A DNA stretch of 32,000 bases from Candidatus Pacearchaeota archaeon (GCA_018303855.1 JAGVXI010000010.1:19426-51425), one strand, 5' to 3'; shown: positions 15,675-24,807, counted from the first letter of the stretch. Notes: a model not told the origin generated them from the letters alone. Numbers and translations are program-made.

Positions 15675-15682
15675 TTTATAAA
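15675..15682 (-). promoter_or_regulatory. TATA box for tRNA-Ile, spaced for transcription starting at or next to tRNA position +1
   Basis: TTTATAAA lies at -31..-24 relative to the first tRNA nucleotide (15651). Confidence 0.55.
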
Positions 15683-15806
15683 ACTTATGAAAACACGATT
15701 AATGCCAAATCTATTGGTGTGGGATAATTAGTTTTTAGATTGTAAACTTCTTAATTAAAATTATTATTTATTGAGGATATATTAAAGTTGTACATCACAA
15801 ATTAAT

Positions 15807-16475
15807 CTATTTATTCATCGCCCTTCTTTCTGATGTCCTAACAGGAAGCCCTTCTGCAATAAGCTCAAGATGAGAGAAACGCGCTGAAATAATTTGGTTA
15901 TCAGTGTAATATCGCCTAAGTTGCCTAACTGTTCGGCCTGCTAATCTCATGTCATCCACAGAAAAAACTTTACTTAATTTTGCGTCTGAGAAAAATTTTT
16001 CCAAATCTCTCACCAAATAATGCCTTTTTAACTCATCAAGGGAATAAAGATTTACTACATCACTAAGCTCAAAAATTCTCGCTAAAACACTAAGCTCGAC
16101 ACCTACATTTTTACAATGAACAGGAAGAATTCCCTTTTGCCTTAATTCAGCTTTTGTGGTTTTCTTTTCCAACAATCCTAAGACATAATCATATCTACTA
16201 CTATCTTTCGGTTCTGCTGTTATGCCCCCTTTTTCTTCAGTTTTATACCCTAACTCGTCAAGAAGAATGTCATTATAACCAAGCTTTTTCATTCCAGGAT
16301 AATTATATCCAAGATTGTTAAGATTTTCATAATTTAATCTTTTTTGCAAAAGAAACTTAGCTTCTTTAGTTCTTCCTTCAATAATAATCCCATGAAGAAT
16401 TATTAAATCCCTTATTCCTAATGATTTGCATAGTATTATACGAGCATTTGAATCATTGTTCCCAACCATTTGCAA
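15807..16475 (-). CDS. Hypothetical protein with short LGY-containing repeats
   Basis: The track start 16475 is TTG, with an ATG 2 codons later (16469). CTTAAATA (16499-16506) sits at -24..-31 from 16475. Contains NLGYNYPGMKKLGYNDILLDELGYK plus further xxLxxxG(I/V) segments. No family recognised. Confidence 0.68.
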   Translation of the reverse strand: MQMVGNNDSNARIILCKSLGIRDLIILHGIIIEGRTKEAKFLLQKRLNYENLNNLGYNYPGMKKLGYNDILLDELGYKTEEKGGITAEPKDSSRYDYVLGLLEKKTTKAELRQKGILPVHCKNVGVELSVLARIFELSDVVNLYSLDELKRHYLVRDLEKFFSDAKLSKVFSVDDMRLAGRTVRQLRRYYTDNQIISARFSHLELIAEGLPVRTSERRAMNK

Positions 16476-16591
16476 GTTGTATAATACACTCTCATAACTA
16501 TTTAAGGATTATGCAAAAAGTCAATTTAAGTGAATTGCAGCAAAGCATAGCCCATGAAAAACTTTAAAAGCGCATTTTTTCTAAAGTTATT

Positions 16592-17155
16592 ATGACAAAA
16601 GGAATGTACTATTATATTAAAGAAGCCTGGAAAAAACCAGATACCAAAATACTTAGGCAAAGAATGATTGAATGGAGAAAAACACCTGCAATAGTCAAAG
16701 TAGATAAACCATTAAGATTAGACAGAGCAAGAAATTTAGGGTATAAAGATAAGAAGGGTTTTGTGGTTGCAAGAGTTAGGCTTTTGCGGGGCGGAAGAAA
16801 AAAACCACGCCCAAGAAAAGCAAGAAGAAGCAAAAGAATGACAGTGAGAAAAACACTCAAAATGAATTATCGCTGGGTTGCAGAACAAAGAGCTGCTAGA
16901 AAGTTTGCAAACCTTGAGGTTTTAAATTCTTATGAAATTGGAAAAGACGGCATGCATTATTTTTATGAAATAATATTAGTTGACCCACAAAGGCCAGAAA
17001 TTCAAAATGATTCAACAATGAAATGGATTTGCAACAAGGCAAATTCAAAAAGAGCATTAAGGGGCTTGACAAGCGCTGCTAAAAAAAGCAGGGGCTTGAG
17101 AAACAAATCGCCAAATCTCAAAGTCAGGCCAAGTATGAAGGCATTAGGAGTATAG
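16592..17155 (+). CDS. rpl15e: Ribosomal protein eL15 (L15e)
   Basis: MYYYIKEAWKKP...RLLRGGRKKPRPRKARRSKR is characteristic of L15e. TATA CTTTAAAA lies at 16562-16569 (-30..-23). Confidence 0.95.
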   Translation: MTKGMYYYIKEAWKKPDTKILRQRMIEWRKTPAIVKVDKPLRLDRARNLGYKDKKGFVVARVRLLRGGRKKPRPRKARRSKRMTVRKTLKMNYRWVAEQRAARKFANLEVLNSYEIGKDGMHYFYEIILVDPQRPEIQNDSTMKWICNKANSKRALRGLTSAAKKSRGLRNKSPNLKVRPSMKALGV

Positions 17156-17362
17156 GAAAATAAATTTAAAAAATGCCTAATAATTCTAAAAAATTAAAGG
17201 CTTAACATTAATATCTAAGTTAACTGAAAACGAGCTTAGGAAAAATATACAAACTAATAATAACCACTAAATATTTGCAAATAATAGAAAAAAGATTGTA
17301 TAAAAACACAGGCTTTGTAAAAACACAGAAAACATTAAAAAGGGTATGATTATCTCTAAAGC

Positions 17363-17833
17363 ATGGCTGAAATAAATTTCTTGGAAGAAGTCCCAAAGAT
17401 ATCCCTATTGAACTTAGAAAAGATATTGAAACATCTTCCAGAGCCTACAAATATTGAAGTAGCATTATTTGGGAATTTTGATTATTCTGATATTTCACAC
17501 CAGGCACAAAAAACAGCAGGTGTAAAATTAAAAGATGCCGGGGGGTTGGTTTTTCAAGTAAAAAATCCATCAAAAGAAAAAATACTGAGTATTTACAAAA
17601 AATCACATGAAAAAAGAGATGAGGTAATTAAAGCAGATGAAAGAAGACTTGACTTGCATAAAGTTTGGTGGCATATACAACATGCAGATGGTTATACCCA
17701 TTACACTCATATTGAATTAACCACTTGGGGAGTAGAGGTTAAATATCGCGCTCCTGAACCAGATTATATTCTTAAAATGAGGCAGGAATTAGCAGAGACT
17801 AATGTTAGATTAAGTATAAAGGTAAATCAGTAG
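17363..17833 (+). CDS. Hypothetical protein with a His-rich segment
   Basis: 156-aa ORF. Contains HKVWWHIQHADGYTHYTHIE (6 His in 20 residues). TATA-like ATTAAAAA lies at about -29..-22. Confidence 0.62.
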   Translation: MAEINFLEEVPKISLLNLEKILKHLPEPTNIEVALFGNFDYSDISHQAQKTAGVKLKDAGGLVFQVKNPSKEKILSIYKKSHEKRDEVIKADERRLDLHKVWWHIQHADGYTHYTHIELTTWGVEVKYRAPEPDYILKMRQELAETNVRLSIKVNQ

Positions 17834-17967
17834 AAAGGATTTTTAATAATAAGTAGTTCTATAAAGCTTTACTTAAACTATCATGTGATATTTATTAAAT
17901 TTCAAGGAGGATATAAGAACATTAATGAAAACCTCAAACTTAAATACTTCATTTTCCTTTTTTCTTC

Positions 17968-19671
17968 ATGCTCTATTCAAAACTCGTTGAGATATATGAA
18001 GCTCTTTCAGCAAATACCAAACGCCTTGAAAAAACAAAAATCCTCGCAGATTTTTTAAAAGACTTGCATGAATCAGACAAAGAAGTTTTATACCTTATGC
18101 TTGGGCAAATTTATCCAGAATATAGCGAGAAAAAAATTGGTGTTTCCCACCAGCTTGCAATAAAAGCTCTTGCTAAAGCAACAGCAACAAATGAAAAAGA
18201 AATTGTAAAAGAATGGAAGAATATAGGGGACATTGGCAAAGTTGCAGAAAAACTAATCAAAACAAAAAAACAATCAACTTTGGACAGCCATGTATTAACA
18301 ACTGAAAAAATCTTGAATAATCTAAGAAAACTTCCTGAACTTGAAGGCAAAGGAAGTGTTGAAAAAAAACTCTCTTTAATTGTAGAACTTTTGACCTCTG
18401 CTTCATCTCTTGAAACAAAATATCTCATAAGAACACTTATAGAAGACTTAAGAATTGGCATTCAAGACTCTACAATAAAAGAAGCTTTAAGCCAGGCTTT
18501 TTTTGATAAAGACAAAGAAGCAACAAAAATAATTGAATCTGCGCTTGATAAATCAAATGATCTTGCAGTTGTTTTTAAAATAGCAAAAAAAGGAAGATTA
18601 AAAGAGCTTGAGAAAGTTTCTATTGAAATTGGAAAGCCAATAAAAGTTATGCTTGCGCAAAAGGTAAAAAACATTCATGAAGGATTTGAGGCTCTTGGCA
18701 AACCAGTAGCAATTGAGTATAAGTATGATGGATTCAGGTTATTAATCCATAAAAAAGATGACAATGTAACCTTATTCACAAGACGATTAGAAAACGCAAC
18801 AAAACAATTTCCAGAAGTTGTTTTATATGTTAAAGAATATGTTAAAGGAGATTCATTTATGCTTGATGCAGAAATTGTTGGTTATGATAAAAAAACAAAA
18901 GAATACCAGCCATTTCAAGCAATATCCCAGAGAATAAAAAGGAAACATGACATTGAAAAGCTAAAAAACGAGTTGCCTGTTGAAATAAATGTGTTTGATA
19001 TTGTGTACTATAATGGCAAGTCATTGATAAACGAGCCATTTGAAAAAAGAACAGCGATACTTAAAAAGATAATTAAAAATCATCCTTACAAAATTATTGC
19101 TGCCAAACAAATTATTACAAAAGATGAAAAAAAAGCAGAAGAATTTTATAAAAAAGCACTTAAAGATAATCAAGAAGGTGTTATGATGAAAAAACTTCAG
19201 GCTGTTTATCAACCTGGAAAAAGAGTTGGACATATGCTAAAAATTAAACCAGAAGAACGGGATTTGGACTTGATTATAATCGGAGCAGAATATGGAAAAG
19301 GTAAACGCGTGGGCTGGTTGAGCAGTTTTATTCTTGCATGTTATGATAATGGCAAGTATTTAGAAATCGGAAAAGTTGGTACAGGAATAAAAGAAAAAAC
19401 AGAGCAGGGAGTTAGTTTTGATGAGCTGACCAAAAAACTTAAGCTGTATATAATAGAAGAGCATGGCAGAGAAGTTAGAATAAAACCAAAGCTTGTAGTG
19501 AGTGTTACATACCAGGAAATCCAAAAATCCCCAACATACTCATCTGGCTTTGCCTTAAGGTTTCCAAGATTTACAGCTTTACGTCCAGATAGAAACCCCA
19601 GTGATATAGCAACTCTCAGCGAAGTTAAAAAAGACTACGAAAAGCAAAAGAGAAATTGGAGATATGGGTGA
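17968..19671 (+). CDS. lig: ATP-dependent DNA ligase
   Basis: Motif I EYKYDGFR (KxDG), motif III LDAEIV, motif IV EGVMMK, motif V LKIKPE. Length 567 aa. TATA CTTAAATA lies at 17939-17946 (-29..-22). Confidence 0.95.
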   Translation: MLYSKLVEIYEALSANTKRLEKTKILADFLKDLHESDKEVLYLMLGQIYPEYSEKKIGVSHQLAIKALAKATATNEKEIVKEWKNIGDIGKVAEKLIKTKKQSTLDSHVLTTEKILNNLRKLPELEGKGSVEKKLSLIVELLTSASSLETKYLIRTLIEDLRIGIQDSTIKEALSQAFFDKDKEATKIIESALDKSNDLAVVFKIAKKGRLKELEKVSIEIGKPIKVMLAQKVKNIHEGFEALGKPVAIEYKYDGFRLLIHKKDDNVTLFTRRLENATKQFPEVVLYVKEYVKGDSFMLDAEIVGYDKKTKEYQPFQAISQRIKRKHDIEKLKNELPVEINVFDIVYYNGKSLINEPFEKRTAILKKIIKNHPYKIIAAKQIITKDEKKAEEFYKKALKDNQEGVMMKKLQAVYQPGKRVGHMLKIKPEERDLDLIIIGAEYGKGKRVGWLSSFILACYDNGKYLEIGKVGTGIKEKTEQGVSFDELTKKLKLYIIEEHGREVRIKPKLVVSVTYQEIQKSPTYSSGFALRFPRFTALRPDRNPSDIATLSEVKKDYEKQKRNWRYG

Positions 19672-19696
19672 ATTTTAAATAAATAGTTGGAATTGA

Positions 19697-19954
19697 TTAA
19701 CCTTCGCGTTTATTCTTAGGTTCTAACCAACCAAGGAAAATACAAACTATTCCTAAAGGAAAAAAAAACCAGATAAATGGATCAAAAATTTCTGAGTTAA
19801 TAACGCAATAAGTAGAAGATACAATCTCGGCTTCTGTCGGGATGCTTTCTCCTGCTATGTTAAAACATAAAGTTGCGCTTGAATCTAATTGTATAAAAAA
19901 TACACCCATTAATGTAAAGAAAATACTCAAAACAAACCATTGATTTCTATTCAT
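19697..19954 (-). CDS. Small membrane protein (2 TM)
   Basis: 85 aa with two hydrophobic segments. TATA-like TTTTTAAG lies at -22..-29. Confidence 0.55.
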   Translation of the reverse strand: MNRNQWFVLSIFFTLMGVFFIQLDSSATLCFNIAGESIPTEAEIVSSTYCVINSEIFDPFIWFFFPLGIVCIFLGWLEPKNKREG

Positions 19955-20107
19955 AATTTATTTAATACTTTTATACTTAAAAACTTTCCCAATTAAAAAC
20001 CTTAATTAAACTAACAATAACCCTTCAACCAATTTATAAACCTCCCTCGAAGGCTTTATAAACCCCTTTTTCTGATAATTTAGTATCATAAAGTAATACA
20101 AATTAAA

Positions 20108-20662
20108 ATGACAACGCAAAGCAACTACAAAGTGCAAAATATTGTTGCAACTGCTTCTTTAGGAAAACCTGTTCCATTAACAAAACTTGCAAGAACACAG
20201 CCGAATACAGAATATAACCCAGAAACTTTTCCAGGGTTGGTTCTAAGAGTAAAAGAGCCAAAATCAGCTGTCCTTGTTTTTTCGTCAGGAAATTTAGTTT
20301 GCACAGGAACAAAATCTATAGCACAGGTCAAACAAGTTATTAACGCTGTTATAAGGCAGTTAAGAAAAATAAATGTCAACATAACAGCAAAGCCGAAAAT
20401 CACTGTCCAGAATATTGTCGCATCTGGAACAATAAACTTAAAGCTTAACCTAAATTTCCTCGCTCTTGAATTGCAAAATACAGAATACGAACCAGAACAA
20501 TTTCCTGGTTTGGTTTATAAATTAGCAGAGCCAAATGCAACTTTTCTTCTTTTCTCAAATGGAAAACTTGTCTGCACAGGAACAAAAAACAAGGCCCAGC
20601 TTGAAGATTCTATGGACCAGCTTTTGAATAATGTCAAAACTGCGCTGAAAAATTACCAATAG
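20108..20662 (+). CDS. tbp: TATA-box binding protein
   Basis: Two direct repeats: QNIVATASLG...FPGLVLRVKEPKSAVLVFSSGNLVCTGTKS and QNIVASGTIN...FPGLVYKLAEPNATFLLFSNGKLVCTGTKN. Confidence 0.95.
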   Translation: MTTQSNYKVQNIVATASLGKPVPLTKLARTQPNTEYNPETFPGLVLRVKEPKSAVLVFSSGNLVCTGTKSIAQVKQVINAVIRQLRKINVNITAKPKITVQNIVASGTINLKLNLNFLALELQNTEYEPEQFPGLVYKLAEPNATFLLFSNGKLVCTGTKNKAQLEDSMDQLLNNVKTALKNYQ

Positions 20663-21228
20663 AAATTAAACATAATATAAAGTTGTTTCTGAAAATATTA
20701 TTGTAAATAAAAGCAATGATAATTGGGTTATGAAAGGAGTTAAATAAGAGAACAATGTATAATTAAATATCTATAACTCACAAAGATAATTTAATTTTTT
20801 ACTTCACTTCATTTAAGCTTAATATCTATTTTAATGCAAAAGATACTGACTTTTCACCCCCAAAAAATTACTAAAATCTTTTTGAACTCTTTCTAAAACA
20901 ATCATTTTCTTACAACAAACTATAAAAATAGGGCACGATTTTCAAAATTGATGTAAGCTTCAATTGATTAGCATTGAACTGCATTTAACTATAAACCCCC
21001 AGTTATAAATAAATAGTAGGTGATTTAATCTATAACATTAAATTAACATTAACAAGGTAAACATAGTAAAATAAAGGAACTAAACTGATAGAATAACCTT
21101 ATAATTATAAGTATAAAGTTAACAATAAGTTGATAATTAACCTACTGAATGATTTAACCATCATGATTAAATTATCATCAATAATATAAACCTAAACATG
21201 AGTTAATTTAAAAGAAGATATTAAAAAA

Positions 21229-23241
21229 ATGGAAAAGATAAAAACAGAGGATTTGATGATTGAATCCAAGAAATTCTTTGATTTTAACAAAAAAAGCCTT
21301 GGGGATTCAATAAGGAAAGGTGAAGGAGTTATATGCTTGGATTTTATGGAATTAACTGAATTTTCAAATAAACTTTCTGACGAACTTATCAAAAACCCAG
21401 AAGAAATTTTAGGGATAATGGAACTTGCAATAGAAGAATCTGGGCTTATAGAAAAATCAAGAGTAAGGCTTACAAATCTCCCAGAAGTTCAGCAGATAAG
21501 AATAAGGAATATTAGGTCAAGGAACTTAAATGAATTGGTTGTGGTTGAGGGAATTGTAAGGCAAGCATCTGATGTCAGACCACAAGTAGTAAATGCAAAA
21601 TTTGAGTGCCCAGCATGTGGAACAGTAATAGGTGTTTTGCAAATTGACAAAAAATTTCGTGAACCAACAAGATGCAGTTGCGGAAGGCGCGGGGGTTTTA
21701 AGCTTTTAAGCAAAGAAATGGTTGATACTCAAAGACTTGTAATTGAGGAGTCCCCTGATTCTTTAGTTGGAGGAGAACAACCAAAAAGGATTAATGTTTT
21801 CCTTAAAGAAGACTTAGTAGAACCAGGAATGGAAGAGAGAACAACTCCCGGAAGCAGGGTTAGAGTTATTGGTATTTTAAAAGAAGTGCCAGTTCCTTTG
21901 CAAACAGGAGGAATGTCAACCAGATTTGAACTTGCAGTAGAAGTAAATAATTTAATCCCATTAGAAGAAACATTTGACAAATTGCATATGAATGAAGAAG
22001 ATGAACGCCAAATTCTTGAACTTGCAGAAGACCCGCAAGTATTTGAAAAATTATCAAGAAGCATTGCTCCAAGCATCTATGGCTATGAAAAAGTAAAAAA
22101 AGCCCTTATCCTGCAGCTTTTTGGAGGAGTAAAAAAAACAAAAGCAGATGGTTCTACAAGCAGAGGGGATATACACATTCTTTTAGTTGGTGATCCAGGA
22201 GTTGCAAAGTCAGTAACTCTTGTTTTTATGGCAAGCATCTCACCAAAAGGACGATATGTAGTCGGTAAGGCAGCCACAGGAGCAGGAATAACTGCAACAG
22301 TTATCAGAGATGAGTATCTAAGGGGCTGGAGTTTAGAAGCAGGTGCAATGGTTCTAACAAACAAAGGGCTTGTATGCATTGATGAATTGGAAAAAATGGA
22401 TCCAGTAGACAGAAGTGCAATGCATGAAGCAATGGAACAGCAAACTGTAACAATATCTAAAGCAAATGTTCAGGCCACGCTCCGCGCAGAAACTTCTGTG
22501 CTAGCTGCAGCAAATCCAAAATTCGGAAGATTTGACCCTTATCAAGCAATTGCGCAGCAAATTGATATACCTCCAACACTAATAAACAGATTTGATATTA
22601 TTTTCACTTTGAGAGATATACCTGATAGAACTAAAGATGAGGCAATTGCTCACCATGTCTTAATGGAACACAAAAGAGAAGGTGAAGAGATGGTTATTCC
22701 AAAAGAGCTTTTAAGAAAATATGTGGCATATGCAAAACAAAAAATTTCCCCAAAAATAAGCGAAGAAGCAATTGAAGAAATAAAAAAATTTTATGTTGAA
22801 TTGAGAAATGCACCAACAACTTCAGAAAGTGCAATGAGGCCAATTCCGATTTCAGCAAGACAATTAGAAGCCTTAATTAGGTTATCAGAAGCATCTGCAA
22901 GAGTTAAACTCAACAAGATTGTAACAAGAGAAGATGCAAAAATAGCAATAGAGCTTGTCAGATATTACTTAATGCAGGTTGGCTATGATTATGAAACAAA
23001 ATCATTTGATATAGATAAAATAACAACAGGAATAAGCACATCAGAAAGAAATAAAATAATAATTGTTAGAGAAACAATTGTAAGATTAGAGACAAGGATG
23101 GGAAAATTAATTCCAATAGAGGAACTTGAAAAAGAACTTGAAGGAAAATTAACAAAAGTAGAAATTGAGGAAGCAATAAACAAGTTAAATGCTTCAGGGG
23201 ATATTTTTAAACCACGAAGAGGATATATACAGGCGATGTGA
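21229..23241 (+). CDS. mcm: MCM replicative helicase
   Basis: Zn motif CPACG...CSCG, Walker A GDPGVAKS, Walker B CIDELEKMD, arginine-finger region NRFDIIF, C-terminal winged-helix-like tail. 670 aa, no intein-sized insertion. Confidence 0.95.
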   Translation: MEKIKTEDLMIESKKFFDFNKKSLGDSIRKGEGVICLDFMELTEFSNKLSDELIKNPEEILGIMELAIEESGLIEKSRVRLTNLPEVQQIRIRNIRSRNLNELVVVEGIVRQASDVRPQVVNAKFECPACGTVIGVLQIDKKFREPTRCSCGRRGGFKLLSKEMVDTQRLVIEESPDSLVGGEQPKRINVFLKEDLVEPGMEERTTPGSRVRVIGILKEVPVPLQTGGMSTRFELAVEVNNLIPLEETFDKLHMNEEDERQILELAEDPQVFEKLSRSIAPSIYGYEKVKKALILQLFGGVKKTKADGSTSRGDIHILLVGDPGVAKSVTLVFMASISPKGRYVVGKAATGAGITATVIRDEYLRGWSLEAGAMVLTNKGLVCIDELEKMDPVDRSAMHEAMEQQTVTISKANVQATLRAETSVLAAANPKFGRFDPYQAIAQQIDIPPTLINRFDIIFTLRDIPDRTKDEAIAHHVLMEHKREGEEMVIPKELLRKYVAYAKQKISPKISEEAIEEIKKFYVELRNAPTTSESAMRPIPISARQLEALIRLSEASARVKLNKIVTREDAKIAIELVRYYLMQVGYDYETKSFDIDKITTGISTSERNKIIIVRETIVRLETRMGKLIPIEELEKELEGKLTKVEIEEAINKLNASGDIFKPRRGYIQAM

Positions 23242-23436
23242 TTGCCTGAAGAAGAAGGTAATTGTTAATGCCAAGATATAAATTATCAGTACATAAATGA
23301 TTAAATAACATGTTTAGCCATCAGTTAAATTCATAATAATCCCTGAATAAAGCAGAACAATTAATAACAATAACATTAAGACAGTTAATTAGATTAGATT
23401 AATGAGTAATTTAACACTAAAAAATCAGAACAAAAA

Positions 23437-24069
23437 ATGTCAGCAGAAACAATAAAACGAAATACAGCATATAAGCTAAGAATAGGAGATGTAATAATTG
23501 GGAAACCCACCTTAAATGGTGAAAGATTCTCATTTCTTGAACTTGGAGATAAAAAGATTATAAGGGTGAATATCGTAGGGAATGTTATAGATAAATTTTC
23601 CTCAGAAGGAGAGAAAAAATACTCATTTGCAACAATAGATGACGGTTCTGGGCAAATAAGAATTAAAGCATTTGGAGAAGATTTAACCTTGCTTGACAAC
23701 ATAACTCAGGGGCAGACAATTCTTGTCATAGGCAATTTAAGATTTTTCAGCAATGAGCTTTACATTGCTCCAGAAATTATAAGACAATTAGAACCTCAGT
23801 ATTTGCTTGTAAGAAAATTAGAGATTGAAAAAGAAAAAAATAAAAATCGTGTTCCGTTAGACAGAACAAAAGTTATTGCTATAAAAGACTCCCTATTAAC
23901 CATTATTAAAAATTCAGAAATAAATGAGGGCATAAATGCTGATGAGATAATTATGAAACCAGAACTGCGTGGCACTTCTCCGGAAATAATAAATCAAGAA
24001 ATACAAAAGATGTTGGAAGAAGGAATTATCTTTGAACCTCGCCCAGGAAAATTGAGATGGCTTGGGTGA
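23437..24069 (+). CDS. OB-fold plus C-terminal winged-helix protein (RPA32/Stn1-like architecture; putative ssDNA-binding subunit)
   Basis: RVNIVGNVIDKF...YSFATIDDGSGQIRIKAFGED...GQTILVIGNLRFFSNELYIAPEII fits a tRNA_anti/RPA-type OB fold. The C-terminus SPEIINQEIQKMLEEGIIFEPRPGKLRWL looks like a winged helix. It lies directly downstream of mcm. Confidence 0.7.
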   Translation: MSAETIKRNTAYKLRIGDVIIGKPTLNGERFSFLELGDKKIIRVNIVGNVIDKFSSEGEKKYSFATIDDGSGQIRIKAFGEDLTLLDNITQGQTILVIGNLRFFSNELYIAPEIIRQLEPQYLLVRKLEIEKEKNKNRVPLDRTKVIAIKDSLLTIIKNSEINEGINADEIIMKPELRGTSPEIINQEIQKMLEEGIIFEPRPGKLRWLG

Positions 24070-24219
24070 AGAATCTAAAAATTTGAAGATATCTATAACT
24101 AACAAATTTAGCACATCAATAATTAAAATGCTAACATACTCAATAATTGATTAATAGTTTTTCTTAAGTCTCAAAAATATTTTTTAAGTAGAATTATTCA
24201 TAGAAATACACCATTGAAA

Positions 24220-24807
24220 CTACTTTAACTTCCTCAACGCCAGAACAACAGCTGCAACGATTAATAGGGCAAATGTGATAATTATAAGAAGCTTGTCATC
24301 AAAATTCTTAGCAGCAGCTTCAATAACTAAAAAAGCTCCTGTAGGCAAAGTTGAAATTTGCACAAGCAAAGGAGCAGCATACAAACCAGCAATAATCAAA
24401 ATAAATCCAATAGCTGCAAAGATAAAAAAAGTGTTTTTGTTATATTTAGCAATAGCATCCTCGAATTCTTTATTGCACATATTGCATTCTTTTATTGAGA
24501 TTGTGCATCCTTTATCATCATAATCATAAACAGGAAATCCACTTTCTTGAGCACATGCATCTGTTTCTTCCTGCAACGTCTTTGAAAAAGTGCAATTACC
24601 ACATTGTTCATTTCCAACACCATATTTAACAGGATAAGGCCCTGTAGCTCCTGCACCCCTACAAACCTTATCATACTCTGGAGGCTCATAAACATAACTC
24701 ACAATAAGATTAAACAAAACACCAACCATTATTGCGATAAAGATTCCCAACAAAATAGTCAGGGCAAAATTCCTTCCGCGCAATCTCTCTTTGTTTAATC
24801 CTTCCAT
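24220..24807 (-). CDS. Membrane protein with an 8-Cys extracytoplasmic loop
   Basis: 195 aa. One N-terminal TM, a Cys-rich segment (CRGAG...CGNC...C...C...CNMC), then 2-3 C-terminal TMs. TTTATAAA lies at 24829-24836, exactly -22..-29. Confidence 0.7.
   Translation of the reverse strand: MEGLNKERLRGRNFALTILLGIFIAIMVGVLFNLIVSYVYEPPEYDKVCRGAGATGPYPVKYGVGNEQCGNCTFSKTLQEETDACAQESGFPVYDYDDKGCTISIKECNMCNKEFEDAIAKYNKNTFFIFAAIGFILIIAGLYAAPLLVQISTLPTGAFLVIEAAAKNFDDKLLIIITFALLIVAAVVLALRKLK

Noticed and set aside
17904-17990. AAGGAGG (17904-17910) followed by a 21-codon ORF (ATG 17925) overlapping the lig start out of frame. I considered a possible regulatory upstream ORF.
   Set aside because: The 14-nt spacing from GGAGG to the ATG is too long for a Shine-Dalgarno. 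The lig TATA at 17939-17946 predicts a transcript starting at the lig ATG, downstream of this element. The peptide is low-complexity.
21229-23241. Checked MCM (and the ligase at 17968-19671) for inteins or large insertions.
   Set aside because: Lengths (670 and 567 aa) and motif spacing are normal. There are no Cys/Ser-...-His-Asn splice-junction blocks.
20767-24106. 17/18-identical direct repeats, ATATCTATAACTCACAAA (20767-20784) and ATATCTATAACTAACAAA (24089-24106), bracket the mcm and OB-fold gene pair. I considered them as att-like ends of a mobile MCM cassette.
   Set aside because: My back-of-envelope estimate is that about one 17/18 match is expected by chance among the AT-rich intergenic DNA of this window alone. 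No integrase, transposase or other mobile-element gene lies inside. The MCM looks like the ordinary full-length cellular helicase. A whole-genome repeat search and comparison with related genomes lacking the segment would be needed to revive the idea.
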